Origin: Bacteroidia bacterium
Lineage (GTDB): Bacteria > Bacteroidota > Bacteroidia > AKYH767-A > OLB10
Length of the DNA stretch: 64,000 bases
Assembly: GCA_023262505.1 (NCBI GenBank)
Contig: JALRAP010000003.1
Span: forward strand, 3,420 to 67,419
Direction: 5' to 3'
Position 1 is the first letter of the stretch; every line of letters begins with the position of its first letter. The position numbers and the translations under genes are program-made. The notes under the pieces were generated by a model, which did not search any database, was not told the DNA's origin, and saw nothing but the letters and a program-made list of their open reading frames with translations. Positions 19,111 to 29,715 of the stretch are shown in pieces.

Positions 19111-20200
19111 GCGCGTGTTGGCGGATAAAGGTTGAGATGCTGTTTCTGAAACGCTCGGTCGAGAAGCTTTCCACGTTTTTGGTGAAATCGATTTCTTCGA
19201 ATGGTTTATCCATTCCTTCGAATGTTAATATGGCGTTGCGAATGGAGTCCGCTGTTTGTTCGTTGAAGAAGACACCGGTTTTGTTTTCCACTACGGTTTC
19301 GAGGTAGCCGCCGCGCTTTAAAGCGATTACAGGAGTTAAACAGGATTGTGCTTCCAAGCTTGTGATTCCGAAATCCTCTTCGGCAGCGAGCACAAACGCC
19401 TTCGCTTTTTGAACCCGAGACACCAAATCATTTTTACTGATGAATCCGAGAAATTCCACATTAGGGGGAGCGCTTGCGCGGATCTTCGCGAGGGCGGGAC
19501 CATCGCCGGAAACCACCAGTTTCTTATCGGGCATCAGGCGGAATGCATCTACAATCAAATCGAGTCTTTTGTAAGGCACCACTCGCAAACTAGTGAAATA
19601 ATAGTTTTCTTTCTGATGATAAGGTGTGAATCCTTTAATATCCACAGGGGGGTAAATTACCGTGGAATCGCGGTTGTAAATGCGTTTGATGCGCTCAGCC
19701 ACATTTTTTGAGTTGGCGATAAAGTGATCAACTTCACCTATGGTTTTCAAATCCCACTGGGCGATGTGATCAAGTATCAGACCTGCAATCATGCGCTTCA
19801 GTCCGCCAAGCCTCGATAGATAAGCTTGACGTAAATCCCAAGCGTACCTCACTGGTGAGTGGCAATAGCAAATGTGAATTTGGCCCTTCCTTTTGCGGAT
19901 GCCTTTGGCTACGGCATAAGAGGAGGAAATGATTAAATCGTAGCCTGATAAATCCAAGCTTCTAATGGCATGCGGAAAAAACACCAGGTAATTGCGGAAT
20001 GAGTTACGTGCATTTGGGACGTTTTGAATCCAACTCGTCTTAACTTTTTTGCCGTTTAGTATATCATTTCGGTCTTTCTCATCCAGAAAATCAACCAAGC
20101 CAAACACATCTGCATCGGGAAATATATGGATGAATTCACGGAAGACCTTTTCGGCACCGCCATTCACAACAAACCAGTCCTGTATAAGTGCGACTTTCAT
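19103..20200 (-). CDS. glycosyltransferase family 4
   Basis: GT-B pattern with EDFGITSLEAQSCLTPVIA. Start at ATG 20200 (MKVALIQDW). Confidence 0.8.
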   Translation of the reverse strand: MKVALIQDWFVVNGGAEKVFREFIHIFPDADVFGLVDFLDEKDRNDILNGKKVKTSWIQNVPNARNSFRNYLVFFPHAIRSLDLSGYDLIISSSYAVAKGIRKRKGQIHICYCHSPVRYAWDLRQAYLSRLGGLKRMIAGLILDHIAQWDLKTIGEVDHFIANSKNVAERIKRIYNRDSTVIYPPVDIKGFTPYHQKENYYFTSLRVVPYKRLDLIVDAFRLMPDKKLVVSGDGPALAKIRASAPPNVEFLGFISKNDLVSRVQKAKAFVLAAEEDFGITSLEAQSCLTPVIALKRGGYLETVVENKTGVFFNEQTADSIRNAILTFEGMDKPFEEIDFTKNVESFSTERFRNSISTFIRQHAHA

Positions 20201-20233
20201 CAGCAGCTGCAAATATAGTCCTTAAACGCCCTC

Positions 20234-21205
20234 TTATGGCTTGGTCATTCTCAAAGACTTCTCAGCCTTCTGCCGGACCGAAATCCCCAAGGGTGGTTTT
20301 TTCGCAACAAACATCTTGCACATGTCCATTATGCAAAGCCACGCATATCGGTATGTCCGGTTACCACGAATCAACGCAATTACAGAACGGAATAGGGCTT
20401 CGCAATAAACCATAGCAGTCATGGATAGTGATTCCCAGCGAGGCCTGTTGCGTTGAAAAAACAACATCCTGCTATGCCTGGTATAAACGCGGATGATTGG
20501 AGGAGTGGAGCGGTTTTGTAATGGATGGCGGTGGCAAACCGACATGGAAGGATCGTATGATGTTTGGTATCCGCCTGCTTGCACTTTGTGGCAGAAATCG
20601 GTCTCTTCAAAGTATAGGAAGTAGTCCTCACAAAATCCTCCAACCGCTTCAAAAACATCTTTTCGGATTAACATGAACGCCCCCGTAACCCAATCCACTT
20701 GTTGGCTTTTTTCCGGATTCATATCGGAATACCGCCTTTTATTGGACGACATGAAGACCTCTTTGAATATCCTACTGAATGAAGGGAAGGGCCCGGCGGA
20801 TGCCTGTATGCTTCCATCCGGGTTGGTTAGCTTGGTGCCTATAACAGCAACCTGTTTTTTTGAATCGTAACTATCTAAAAGCCTCATGACCTGTGAAAGC
20901 GTTTCCGTTTCGAGGGTTACATCCGGATTCAGTAACAACAACCATTTACCTTGAGCAACTCTAGCTCCGGCGTTGACTCCAGCTGCGAACCCTCCGTTTT
21001 CAGGTAGACCCAGCCATTTGATACTTGTATCAATGGGCTTTTTGGAAGTTGCTGCAGCCGTTGATGCATTATCGACTACCAACAATTCCATTTCACCTTC
21101 CTGGTGGGCCGATTGAAAAGACGTCGCTTGCAACAGCACATCCGGCCATGAATTGTAGTTGACAACGATGATGCTGAGTTTCACAGAGTAATGGGTCGCG
21201 TTCAA
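20234..21205 (-). CDS. glycosyltransferase family 2
   Basis: LSIIVVNYNSW N-terminus, VVDNAS and GFAAGVN motifs of the GT-A fold. Non-ATG (TTG) start as listed. Confidence 0.8.
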   Translation of the reverse strand: MNATHYSVKLSIIVVNYNSWPDVLLQATSFQSAHQEGEMELLVVDNASTAAATSKKPIDTSIKWLGLPENGGFAAGVNAGARVAQGKWLLLLNPDVTLETETLSQVMRLLDSYDSKKQVAVIGTKLTNPDGSIQASAGPFPSFSRIFKEVFMSSNKRRYSDMNPEKSQQVDWVTGAFMLIRKDVFEAVGGFCEDYFLYFEETDFCHKVQAGGYQTSYDPSMSVCHRHPLQNRSTPPIIRVYTRHSRMLFFQRNRPRWESLSMTAMVYCEALFRSVIALIRGNRTYRYAWLCIMDMCKMFVAKKPPLGISVRQKAEKSLRMTKP

Positions 21206-21278
21206 AGTTCAAAGAAATACAATCTCTTCCGAAGTGTGCTCACCTAATTTGTATTTTAGCCACGGATTCAATTATTCC

Positions 21279-23021
21279 ATGATGAAAAAAGCCATCTCCT
21301 TCGCTTTTGTTTGTGTTCTCAGCTTTTCAGCACAAGCGCAACAATTACCTCACACATTCGCCCCTGGTGAGCGCGAAGCCATGCCGGGTTACTTACAGTC
21401 CAGGGCAGTCGGAAGTGCTACTGCTAATATGATCACCACCCCTCCAACATCACCCGTCAGGACTATAGCCGAATGGGAGGAACTGCAAGGGCTTACCATA
21501 TCATGGACTTCCTACAACAGCATGCTTAGGGAAATCGTTCGAAACGCCAAAGAAGAAACCCGTGTGTATATCCTTACAAGTAACCCATCGAGCACCATCA
21601 ATTACCTAGCCTCGGGAGGAGTGGATACCGTTAATGTTACATGCCTTCAGATTCCATTCAATTCGGTTTGGTGCCGGGATTATGGTTTGTGGAGTGCCTA
21701 TACCAATGATGTGGATTCACTCATCAGCATCGATTGGATTTACAACCGTCCACGACCTGCCGATGATGCTTCGCCCGTTCAACTTTCAGCTGCAGTTGGA
21801 GTACCCGTTTACCAAACCACCGTTGCTCCTTGGGACCTGATCCATACTGGCGGGAACTTCATGACCGACGGATTCGGCACGGGCTTTTCCTCCAATCTCA
21901 TCATCGATGAGAACCCGAACAAAACTGTGGCGCAAATCGATACCATCATGAACCGTTTCATGGGTATCAGTCGATACATCAAGATGAATGAGTTGCCTTA
22001 CGACCAGATACACCATATCGACATGCACATGAAGCTTCTCGATGAGGAGACTATTCTCATGGGTCAATATCCGACGGGTGTTGCCGACGGTCCGCAAATT
22101 GAAGCCAATCTGCTTTATGTGCTCAATAATTTCAATTCGGTTTATGGCACTCCTTACAAAGTGGTGCGTATACCTATGCCGGCCGACAATGGTCAATATC
22201 CGAACAGTGGTGGAAGGTATTTCACTTATACGAACGCATCCTTCATTAATAAAACCATCATTGTGCCCACATACAACGTTCCCACTGACACCACTGCTTT
22301 GCGAATTTATCGTGATGCACTGCCAGGGTACAAGGTTGTCGGCATCAACTCGCTTTCCAGCATCGGTTCATTGGGGGCATTGCATTGCATCACCAAGGAG
22401 ATGGCCACACCCGATCCATTGCTCATCAGTCACCAACCCCTAAACGACACATACGACACTTTGAATTCATATGCAGTGGAGGCGCTCATCCGCCACAGGT
22501 CTGGGATCAACAGTGCACTTTTATGGTGGCGCACCGATACGCTCCAGCCGTATGTTCCAGTGAACATGCTCCAAAGCGCAACCAATCCTGATTATTGGAC
22601 GGGCTCCATCCCGCCAATGCCTCCGGGAACCTTGGTGATGTATTATATCGAGGCAAATGCCGTTTCAGGCAAAAACCAGGTCCGTCCAATGCCAGCTCCT
22701 GCCGGTTTTTGGCCATTTAAGGTTTTGGGAAATCCAACGGGCTCGGGTTTGGAATCCGTTCAAGTTAATGTAACATCCTTGTTTCCAAACCCTTCCAAGG
22801 GGATAACCTGCCTAGAGTTGTCGGACTCAAAAGGCGGGAACGAGCTATCAATCAACTTAAAAGATGTTGCTGGAAGGGATATCATGCACGTTTTCAAGGG
22901 ATTGACGCGATTCGGCGAAAATCGATACTTTTTTGATACCACTCACTTGGCTTCGGGCCTTTATTCGATTCAAATAAACACATTATCAGGTAGTTATACT
23001 AAAAAACTGATGGTTCGTTGA
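21279..23021 (+). CDS. agmatine deiminase / Porphyromonas-type peptidylarginine deiminase family protein with T9SS sorting domain
   Basis: VWCRDYG and catalytic-Cys motif GALHCITKE. Signal peptide MMKKAISFAFVCVLSFSAQA. C-terminus GLYSIQINTLSGSYTKKLMVR. Confidence 0.75.
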   Translation: MMKKAISFAFVCVLSFSAQAQQLPHTFAPGEREAMPGYLQSRAVGSATANMITTPPTSPVRTIAEWEELQGLTISWTSYNSMLREIVRNAKEETRVYILTSNPSSTINYLASGGVDTVNVTCLQIPFNSVWCRDYGLWSAYTNDVDSLISIDWIYNRPRPADDASPVQLSAAVGVPVYQTTVAPWDLIHTGGNFMTDGFGTGFSSNLIIDENPNKTVAQIDTIMNRFMGISRYIKMNELPYDQIHHIDMHMKLLDEETILMGQYPTGVADGPQIEANLLYVLNNFNSVYGTPYKVVRIPMPADNGQYPNSGGRYFTYTNASFINKTIIVPTYNVPTDTTALRIYRDALPGYKVVGINSLSSIGSLGALHCITKEMATPDPLLISHQPLNDTYDTLNSYAVEALIRHRSGINSALLWWRTDTLQPYVPVNMLQSATNPDYWTGSIPPMPPGTLVMYYIEANAVSGKNQVRPMPAPAGFWPFKVLGNPTGSGLESVQVNVTSLFPNPSKGITCLELSDSKGGNELSINLKDVAGRDIMHVFKGLTRFGENRYFFDTTHLASGLYSIQINTLSGSYTKKLMVR

Positions 23022-23153
23022 GTTGTTTTTCGTGTCAATCATAAGCGTCTGTATATCAATTGCTTTGAATTGATTTTGAGAGAAGCGAATAATTAGCTTT
23101 AATAATCCGCTTCAAATACGTAACTTTGCCCGCTTCGTTTGGACAACCTACGG

Positions 23154-23681
23154 ATGACGGATAGCCTCAACAAATATTCGATCCCATTCGCTGGATTAGC
23201 TGAAGGAAGCCATCGGTTTGAATACGAAATCGATGATTCGTTCTTTGAACTCTTCGACCACTCGGTGGTGCACCATGCAAAAGTTCGCGTGGAGCTTGAC
23301 TTCATCAAGTCGGCCACAGTTCTCACCTTGGTGTTCCGCATCCGCGGTCATATTACTATGACTTGCGACCGTTGTCTTGACGATTTCGACATGCCTGTTG
23401 ATTTCAGTCAAACCTTGTTGGTTCGCTTTGGCGACGAAGCCCGCGAGGAATCAGATGACGTGATTGTTATCCCACATGGAGAGTTGGTGCTGGATGTGTC
23501 GCAACATATTTACGAATACATCAGCCTGCAAGTCCCCATGAGAGCGGTGCATCCCGAAGATGAAAACGGAGTTTCAGGATGTGATCCCGAAGTGATCCGC
23601 AAGCTAAACGAAGGTTCGCAAGCGCCTGAAGAAACCACCGATCCTAGGTGGGAAGCATTGAAGAAGTTCAGGGAAACCTGA
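23154..23681 (+). CDS. YceD/DUF177 family protein
   Basis: CDRCLDDF motif and conserved position immediately upstream of rpmF. ATG 23154 preferred over the listed TTG 23139. Confidence 0.75.
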   Translation: MTDSLNKYSIPFAGLAEGSHRFEYEIDDSFFELFDHSVVHHAKVRVELDFIKSATVLTLVFRIRGHITMTCDRCLDDFDMPVDFSQTLLVRFGDEAREESDDVIVIPHGELVLDVSQHIYEYISLQVPMRAVHPEDENGVSGCDPEVIRKLNEGSQAPEETTDPRWEALKKFRET

Positions 23682-23732
23682 TTATGATTGAATACTTAAA
23701 AACTGAATATAAACGAATAACATCCATACAAA

Positions 23733-23921
23733 ATGCCAAATCCAAAGCACAAACATTCGAAATCGAGAAGCGCCAAAAGGAGAACTCACTACAAGGCTAC
23801 GGCTCCAACCGTTGCAATTTGTCCAACCACAGGCGAATCACATCTTATGCACCGTGCCTACTGGCATGAGGGCAAGATGTATTACAAGGGCAAGGTGGTC
23901 ATGGAGCAACCCGCCGCATAA
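23733..23921 (+). CDS. rpmF: 50S ribosomal protein L32
   Basis: [22 protein letters not shown]-terminus, 62 aa. Confidence 0.95.
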   Translation: MPNPKHKHSKSRSAKRRTHYKATAPTVAICPTTGESHLMHRAYWHEGKMYYKGKVVMEQPAA

Positions 23922-23957
23922 CGGGCTTTTCTCTCCTAACACATCCTGTCGCCTTCG

Positions 23958-24926
23958 ATGAGAATCGGCATTGACATGATGGGGGGCGACTTCGCACCCC
24001 TTGAAACCACCCTCGGCGCCCTCCATGCCCGCAGGGAATTGGACAACGCACACACATTGGTGCTGATAGGCCATGAAGCGGAAATCCGCTCCATCATGGC
24101 ACAGCATGGTGGCGATGCATCCGCCTTTGAGTTCGTGAACACGGATGAGGTAATCGGCATGGCCGAGAACCCGACCAAAGCATTCCAACAAAAGCCGGGC
24201 TCAAGCATTGCAGTGGGTTTTCACCTGCTAAAGGAAAAAAAGATTGATGCTTTCGCCAGCGCAGGCAATACAGGTGCCATGATGGTTGGCTCCATGTTCG
24301 CCATCAAACCTGTGAACGGCATTCTTCGTCCAGCCATTTCCTCCATCGTTCCTAAGGAAGATGGAGGCGTAGGCATATTGTTGGATGTAGGCATCAACGC
24401 AGATTGCAAACCCGAGATGCTTCAGCAGTTCGCCATCCTCGGTTCCATATTTGCCGAAGACGTTTACCGAATCGCCAATCCTCGCGTCGGACTCATGAGC
24501 ATCGGCGAGGAAGATGAGAAGGGTAACATGCTTACCAAGGAGGCAAACACCTTATTGAAAACCACGCCACACATAAACTTCATTGGAAATTTGGAAGGTC
24601 GCGACTTGTTCAACAACAAAGCCGATGTGATCGTTTGTGATGGATTCACCGGCAACGTGATGCTGAAACTGGCCGAATCATTTTATTCTTTGATTCGCAA
24701 GCGCGGTTTGCATGACACCTATTTCGACCGTTTTGATTTCGAGAACTATGGCGGCACTCCGGTTTTGGGAGTGAACTCCACCGTCATCATCGCCCATGGT
24801 ATTTCCAATGCCAAGGCAATAAAGAATATGATTCTGCATGCATGCGATGTGGCTCAAGCCGGCATGCCCGACAAAATATCCCGTGCGCTCTCTGAGATTT
24901 CATTGGGCGAGCAACTTTCGAAATAA
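23958..24926 (+). CDS. plsX: phosphate acyltransferase PlsX
   Basis: MRIGIDMMGGDFAP start, GNTGA and DGFTGNV motifs. Conserved rpmF-plsX-fabH order. Confidence 0.95.
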   Translation: MRIGIDMMGGDFAPLETTLGALHARRELDNAHTLVLIGHEAEIRSIMAQHGGDASAFEFVNTDEVIGMAENPTKAFQQKPGSSIAVGFHLLKEKKIDAFASAGNTGAMMVGSMFAIKPVNGILRPAISSIVPKEDGGVGILLDVGINADCKPEMLQQFAILGSIFAEDVYRIANPRVGLMSIGEEDEKGNMLTKEANTLLKTTPHINFIGNLEGRDLFNNKADVIVCDGFTGNVMLKLAESFYSLIRKRGLHDTYFDRFDFENYGGTPVLGVNSTVIIAHGISNAKAIKNMILHACDVAQAGMPDKISRALSEISLGEQLSK

Positions 24927-24931
24927 CCAGG

Positions 24932-25930
24932 ATGGAGAAGATCAGGGCCGCCATTACAGCAGTAAACGCATGGGTTCCCGACTACGTGCTAACCAATGCC
25001 GAAATTGAAAAGCTGGTAGACACCACCGACGAGTGGATTACCTCTCGCACGGGCATCAAGGAGCGCCATATACTTAAAGGTGATGGCAAAGGCTCTTCTG
25101 ATATCGCAGTGGAAGCGATCAAAGGACTTCTTCAAAAACGCGGCATCGGTCCAGAGGAAATTGAATTGGTGATTTGTGCCACCACCACGCCCGACATGCA
25201 GTTCCCTGCTACCGCCAATATCATTTGCGACAAGGTGGGTATGGTGAATGCCTTTGGCTACGACATCAACGCAGCCTGTTCCGGATTCATTTATTCTTTG
25301 GTCACTGGCTCAAAATTCATCGAGAGCGGACAATATAAGAAAGTGATTGTAGTGGGTGTCGATAAGATGTCATCCATAATCGACTATACCGATCGCGCCA
25401 CTTGTGTCATCTTCGGTGACGGTGGCGGGGCAGTATTGCTCGAACCGGAAAGCAGCGGCAACGGCATCATGGATTCCATTCTGCGAAGCGATGGTTCCGG
25501 TCGTGTGTATCTGCATCAGAAAGCAGGCGGCAGTGTTCTGCCGGCATCACACGACACCGTTGATGCCAAGCAACATTATGTTTATCAAGAAGGTCAAGCC
25601 GTATTCAAATTCGCTGTTACCAAAATGGCGGATGTATCGGCCGAAATAATGGAGCGAAACCATCTCAAGGCTGAAGACATCGCTTGGCTCGTTCCGCATC
25701 AAGCCAACAAACGCATCATCGATGCCACTGCAAACCGCATGGGCCTGGGCAATGAAAAAGTGATGCTGAACATCGAGCGTTACGGAAACACCACCAACGG
25801 CACCATACCAATTTGCCTTTGGGAATGGGAGAAGCGATTGCATAAGGGCGATGTGGTGATATTGGCCGCCTTCGGCGGCGGATTCACCTGGGGCTCCGTA
25901 TATCTGCGCTGGGCCTACGACACAAAATAA
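24932..25930 (+). CDS. fabH: beta-ketoacyl-ACP synthase III
   Basis: Active-site ACSGF Cys, HQAN His and GNTTNG Asn motifs. Confidence 0.95.
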   Translation: MEKIRAAITAVNAWVPDYVLTNAEIEKLVDTTDEWITSRTGIKERHILKGDGKGSSDIAVEAIKGLLQKRGIGPEEIELVICATTTPDMQFPATANIICDKVGMVNAFGYDINAACSGFIYSLVTGSKFIESGQYKKVIVVGVDKMSSIIDYTDRATCVIFGDGGGAVLLEPESSGNGIMDSILRSDGSGRVYLHQKAGGSVLPASHDTVDAKQHYVYQEGQAVFKFAVTKMADVSAEIMERNHLKAEDIAWLVPHQANKRIIDATANRMGLGNEKVMLNIERYGNTTNGTIPICLWEWEKRLHKGDVVILAAFGGGFTWGSVYLRWAYDTK

Positions 25931-25964
25931 TTTTTTAACGCATCCTAACACAACAACCTGTATC

Positions 25965-26444
25965 ATGAACAAGAAGGAAATTGAAGAATTGATTCGCTTT
26001 GTTTCCAAATCTGGAGTAAGCGAAGTCAGCCTTGAGCAAAAAGACTTCAAGATTACCATCAAGAACGCGCCCCGCGAACTGCAGGTCGTAACTGCTGCTC
26101 CAGCTGTTGTACAAATGGCACCCCCTGTTGCCGCTCCTGCAGCTGCTCCTGTTGCCGCTTCTGCCACACCAGCGCCTGCTGCAAAAGCAAGTGATGAGTC
26201 AAAATACCATGTGGTTAAATCTCCCATGATCGGCACTTTTTACCGTCAGCCCTCTCCCGACAAACCGAACTTTGTGAATGTGGGTGACGAAGTGAAACCA
26301 GGGCAGGTTATCTGCATCATCGAAGCGATGAAGCTCTTCAACGAAATCGAAAGTGATGTGAAAGGCCGCATCGTGAAGGTGCTGGTTGACAATGCCACAC
26401 CGATCGAATACGACCAACCACTCTTTTTGGTTGATCCTTCCTGA
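25965..26444 (+). CDS. accB: acetyl-CoA carboxylase biotin carboxyl carrier protein
   Basis: Ala/Pro-rich linker and biotinylation motif EAMKLFNEIES. Confidence 0.95.
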   Translation: MNKKEIEELIRFVSKSGVSEVSLEQKDFKITIKNAPRELQVVTAAPAVVQMAPPVAAPAAAPVAASATPAPAAKASDESKYHVVKSPMIGTFYRQPSPDKPNFVNVGDEVKPGQVICIIEAMKLFNEIESDVKGRIVKVLVDNATPIEYDQPLFLVDPS

Positions 26445-26465
26445 TAATTCAACCGACCAAGCCGC

Positions 26466-27803
26466 ATGTTCAAGAAAATCCTGATCGCCAACAGGGGCGA
26501 AATCGCATTACGCATCATACGTACCTGCAAGGAGATGGGCATCCGCACGGTTGCCGTGTACTCCACTGCCGACCGTGAAAGCCTCCACGTGCGTTTCGCC
26601 GACGAGGCCGTGTGTATCGGACCTCCACCCAGTCGCGATTCCTACCTCAACATGCCCAACCTGATTGCGGCAGCTGAGATCACCAATGCCGATGCCATAC
26701 ATCCGGGTTACGGATTCCTTTCGGAGAATGCCAAATTCTCCGACATCTGCGCCAAGCACAACATCAAGTTCATTGGTGCATCGCCTGAGATGATCGATTC
26801 CATGGGCGACAAATCCAATGCGAAAGACACTATGAAGCGTGCCGGTGTTCCTACCATCCCAGGCTCCGACGGTTTGTTGGAAAGCGTTGCCGAGGGGAAG
26901 GAGATCGCCAAGAAGATCGGATATCCTGTGATATTGAAAGCGACTGCCGGAGGAGGAGGTCGCGGTATGCGTATCGTTTGGAACCCTGATGAATTTGAAG
27001 CCGCATGGTCTTCGGCACGTCAAGAGGCCGGTGCCGCATTTGGTAATGATGGCATGTACCTCGAGAAATACATCGAAGAGCCACGTCATATCGAGATTCA
27101 GATCGCCGGCGACCAGTATGGCAAAGCCTGTCACTTATCGGAACGCGACTGCTCCATACAACGTCGCCACCAGAAGTTGTTAGAGGAAACCCCATCACCT
27201 TTCATGATACCAGAGCTTCGTGAGAAGATGGGTGAAGCGGCCGTGAAAGCCGCGTTGGCTGTGAAATACGAAGGTGTTGGTACCGTTGAATTCCTTGTCG
27301 ACAAACACCGCAATTTCTATTTCATGGAGATGAACACCCGTATCCAGGTGGAGCATCCCGTAACCGAGGAGGTAATCAACTACGACCTCATCAAGGAACA
27401 AATCAAGATAGCAGCAGGAATCGAAATTTCGGGAATCAACTATTATCCGAACATGCATGCCATCGAGTGCCGCATTAACGCCGAGGACCCTTACAATAAC
27501 TTCCGTCCATCACCAGGCCGCATCACCAACCTCCACGTTCCCGGTGGCCACGGAGTGCGTGTGGATTCACATGTGTATGCAGGTTACACCATTCCTTCCA
27601 ACTACGATTCCATGATCAGCAAGCTGATCACCATCGCACAAACCCGCGAAGAGGCCATCCAAACCATGGAGCGCGCACTCAGTGAATATGTGATCGAAGG
27701 AGTGAAAACAACCATACCTTTCCACCAGCAATTGATGCAGAACGAGGATTTCCGCAAAGGGAACTATACCACCAAATTCCTCGAGAGCTTTCAATTGAAA
27801 TAA
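26466..27803 (+). CDS. accC: acetyl-CoA carboxylase biotin carboxylase subunit
   Basis: [14 protein letters not shown] start, GGGGRGMR glycine loop and an ATP-grasp core. 445 aa. Confidence 0.97.
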   Translation: MFKKILIANRGEIALRIIRTCKEMGIRTVAVYSTADRESLHVRFADEAVCIGPPPSRDSYLNMPNLIAAAEITNADAIHPGYGFLSENAKFSDICAKHNIKFIGASPEMIDSMGDKSNAKDTMKRAGVPTIPGSDGLLESVAEGKEIAKKIGYPVILKATAGGGGRGMRIVWNPDEFEAAWSSARQEAGAAFGNDGMYLEKYIEEPRHIEIQIAGDQYGKACHLSERDCSIQRRHQKLLEETPSPFMIPELREKMGEAAVKAALAVKYEGVGTVEFLVDKHRNFYFMEMNTRIQVEHPVTEEVINYDLIKEQIKIAAGIEISGINYYPNMHAIECRINAEDPYNNFRPSPGRITNLHVPGGHGVRVDSHVYAGYTIPSNYDSMISKLITIAQTREEAIQTMERALSEYVIEGVKTTIPFHQQLMQNEDFRKGNYTTKFLESFQLK

Positions 27804-27839
27804 GCTTTCACAGCATTTCTCATTTTTAATCCCGACACC

Positions 27840-28406
27840 ATGAACCTAAGTATGAAGGAAATCATCACGGTGTCTATGATTCTTTTCGCCGTGATTGACA
27901 TCATCGGCTCCATCCCGGTGTTGATACAAATCAGAAAACAGGCAGGTAGCATCCATTCCGAAAAGGCCACACTGGTGTCGCTAGGCATCATGATCATGTT
28001 CCTTTTCATTGGGGAAAACCTTCTCAAGTTCTTAGGCCTGGACCTTTCCTCATTCGCCATCGCCGGTTCGTTGGTGCTCTTCTTCATTGCGCTTGAAATG
28101 ATATTAGGTATACGCATCCACAAAGACGACATGCCCGCTACGGCATCTATAGTGCCGGTGGCATTTCCTTTGATCGCCGGAACCGGCACAATGACCACGT
28201 TGCTTTCTTTGCGCGCAGAATATGATTCTGTAACCATCATCATCGGCATTCTGTTGAATCTTACAGTCGTTTACCTCTGCTTGCGCAATCTCGGGTTCTT
28301 GGAGCGTTTACTGGGCCCGGTAGGCATCGGAGTGGTGCGCAAGGTCTTTGGTTTTATTCTGCTCGCAATCGCTGTCAAGATTTTCCGGACCCATGCCGGA
28401 CTATAA
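27840..28406 (+). CDS. MarC family (UPF0056) membrane protein
   Basis: 188 aa with six TM segments and the typical FAVIDIIGSIPV N-terminal motif. Confidence 0.8.
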   Translation: MNLSMKEIITVSMILFAVIDIIGSIPVLIQIRKQAGSIHSEKATLVSLGIMIMFLFIGENLLKFLGLDLSSFAIAGSLVLFFIALEMILGIRIHKDDMPATASIVPVAFPLIAGTGTMTTLLSLRAEYDSVTIIIGILLNLTVVYLCLRNLGFLERLLGPVGIGVVRKVFGFILLAIAVKIFRTHAGL

Positions 28407-28427
28407 TATTTTTAATATTCACCATTT

Positions 28428-28886
28428 ATGGTAACCATTTACACCGACGGTTCGTCGCGCGGCAATCCTGGTCCAGGGGGTTTTGGTGTGGTGATGATAT
28501 CAGGTCCACACCGCAAGGAGATTTCACAAGGTTACCGTAAAACCACCAACAACCGAATGGAGTTGTTGAGCGTGATTGTTGGGTTGGAGGCGCTGAAGCG
28601 GATGGATGAGGCGGTAACCGTGGTATCCGACAGCAAGTACGTGGTGGATGCAGTTGAGAAAGGATGGGTTTTTGGTTGGGCCAAGAAGAATTTCCAAGGA
28701 AAGAAGAATGCCGATTTATGGATCCGCTTCCTGGCCATTTATGCCCGGCACCAAGTCCGTTTCCGATGGGTCAAAGGGCATAATAACCACGTAGAAAATG
28801 AGTATTGCGACATGCTTGCTGTGACAGCAGCCACAGGTGGAGGCCTTTTGGTTGATGAGGGCTTCGAATCGGGTCGCTACAATTGA
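28428..28886 (+). CDS. rnhA: ribonuclease HI
   Basis: IYTDGSSRGNPGPGG, NNRMEL, SDSKYV and GHNNHVENEYCD catalytic DEDD-type pattern. Confidence 0.9.
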   Translation: MVTIYTDGSSRGNPGPGGFGVVMISGPHRKEISQGYRKTTNNRMELLSVIVGLEALKRMDEAVTVVSDSKYVVDAVEKGWVFGWAKKNFQGKKNADLWIRFLAIYARHQVRFRWVKGHNNHVENEYCDMLAVTAATGGGLLVDEGFESGRYN

Positions 28887-28938
28887 TTTGTTCCCCTTAT
28901 CTTTAGCTATATTTGATGGCTAACCTTCACTGTTATCT

Positions 28939-29715
28939 ATGAAAAAAACAATCCTTGCCATGGCTGTCATGATGTCACCATGGCTGGTGTCGGGCCAGAA
29001 CAAACAACCGGAAGTTGAACGTGAAATCATGGTCAACACCATTACACAGACCACCATGGGCCCTAAGAAGGTAGTGGTTACCGGAAGTGCCGAGATGGAT
29101 GTTGAACCAGATCAGGTGGATGCCTATTTCGTTTTGGCGGAGTACATTGATAACCGCAAGGAGAAAGTGCAAATGGAGTCTATTCGCAAAGAGTTCCTGA
29201 AGGCTTGTGCCGATGCGGGAATCCCCAAAGACAGCATCCGTGTCGATGGCTTATCAGGTGGAGCCTACCATGATTTGGTTCGCAAGAAACGCAAAGACGA
29301 TCCCGGCCTGATGGAGAACGTGACATTTGTGATACGTTTGAACAACTCCAAACAGATAGATGCGATTGCTTCCAGGCTTAACGACAAGGCTGTTGTAAAC
29401 ATGTACATCGGCAGAAGATGGCATTCGCGCATGGAGGAATTCAAAAAGGAGTTGCGAATCAGGGCCGTAAAAGCCGCTCGAGACAAGGCCTCTTACATGA
29501 CTGAGGCCATAGGGGAAAAGATCGCAGGTGCGCTCCTGATCGAGGATATGGATGCTGGTATGCCGGTTCTGTTCACGCGTAGCAATGTGAATGTGTCAAT
29601 GGAGGCTTCTTCAGACGGATACGCGGGAGAGTCATCGTTACCATTTCAGAAAATCACTGTCCGGTCCGATGTGCGTGCCGAGTTTGAACTTGTGAACGCA
29701 GATAAAAGCAAATGA
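28939..29715 (+). CDS. secreted SIMPL/DUF541-like protein (tentative)
   Basis: Signal peptide present. The VVVTGSAEMDVEPDQVDAYF segment resembles the SIMPL-domain N-terminal pattern. Confidence 0.5.
   Translation: MKKTILAMAVMMSPWLVSGQNKQPEVEREIMVNTITQTTMGPKKVVVTGSAEMDVEPDQVDAYFVLAEYIDNRKEKVQMESIRKEFLKACADAGIPKDSIRVDGLSGGAYHDLVRKKRKDDPGLMENVTFVIRLNNSKQIDAIASRLNDKAVVNMYIGRRWHSRMEEFKKELRIRAVKAARDKASYMTEAIGEKIAGALLIEDMDAGMPVLFTRSNVNVSMEASSDGYAGESSLPFQKITVRSDVRAEFELVNADKSK

Noticed and set aside
25547-26236. 229-aa antisense ORF across fabH/accB
   Set aside because: It lies opposite two strongly supported genes. Its Ala/Gly-rich stretch is just the complement of the AccB Ala/Pro linker.
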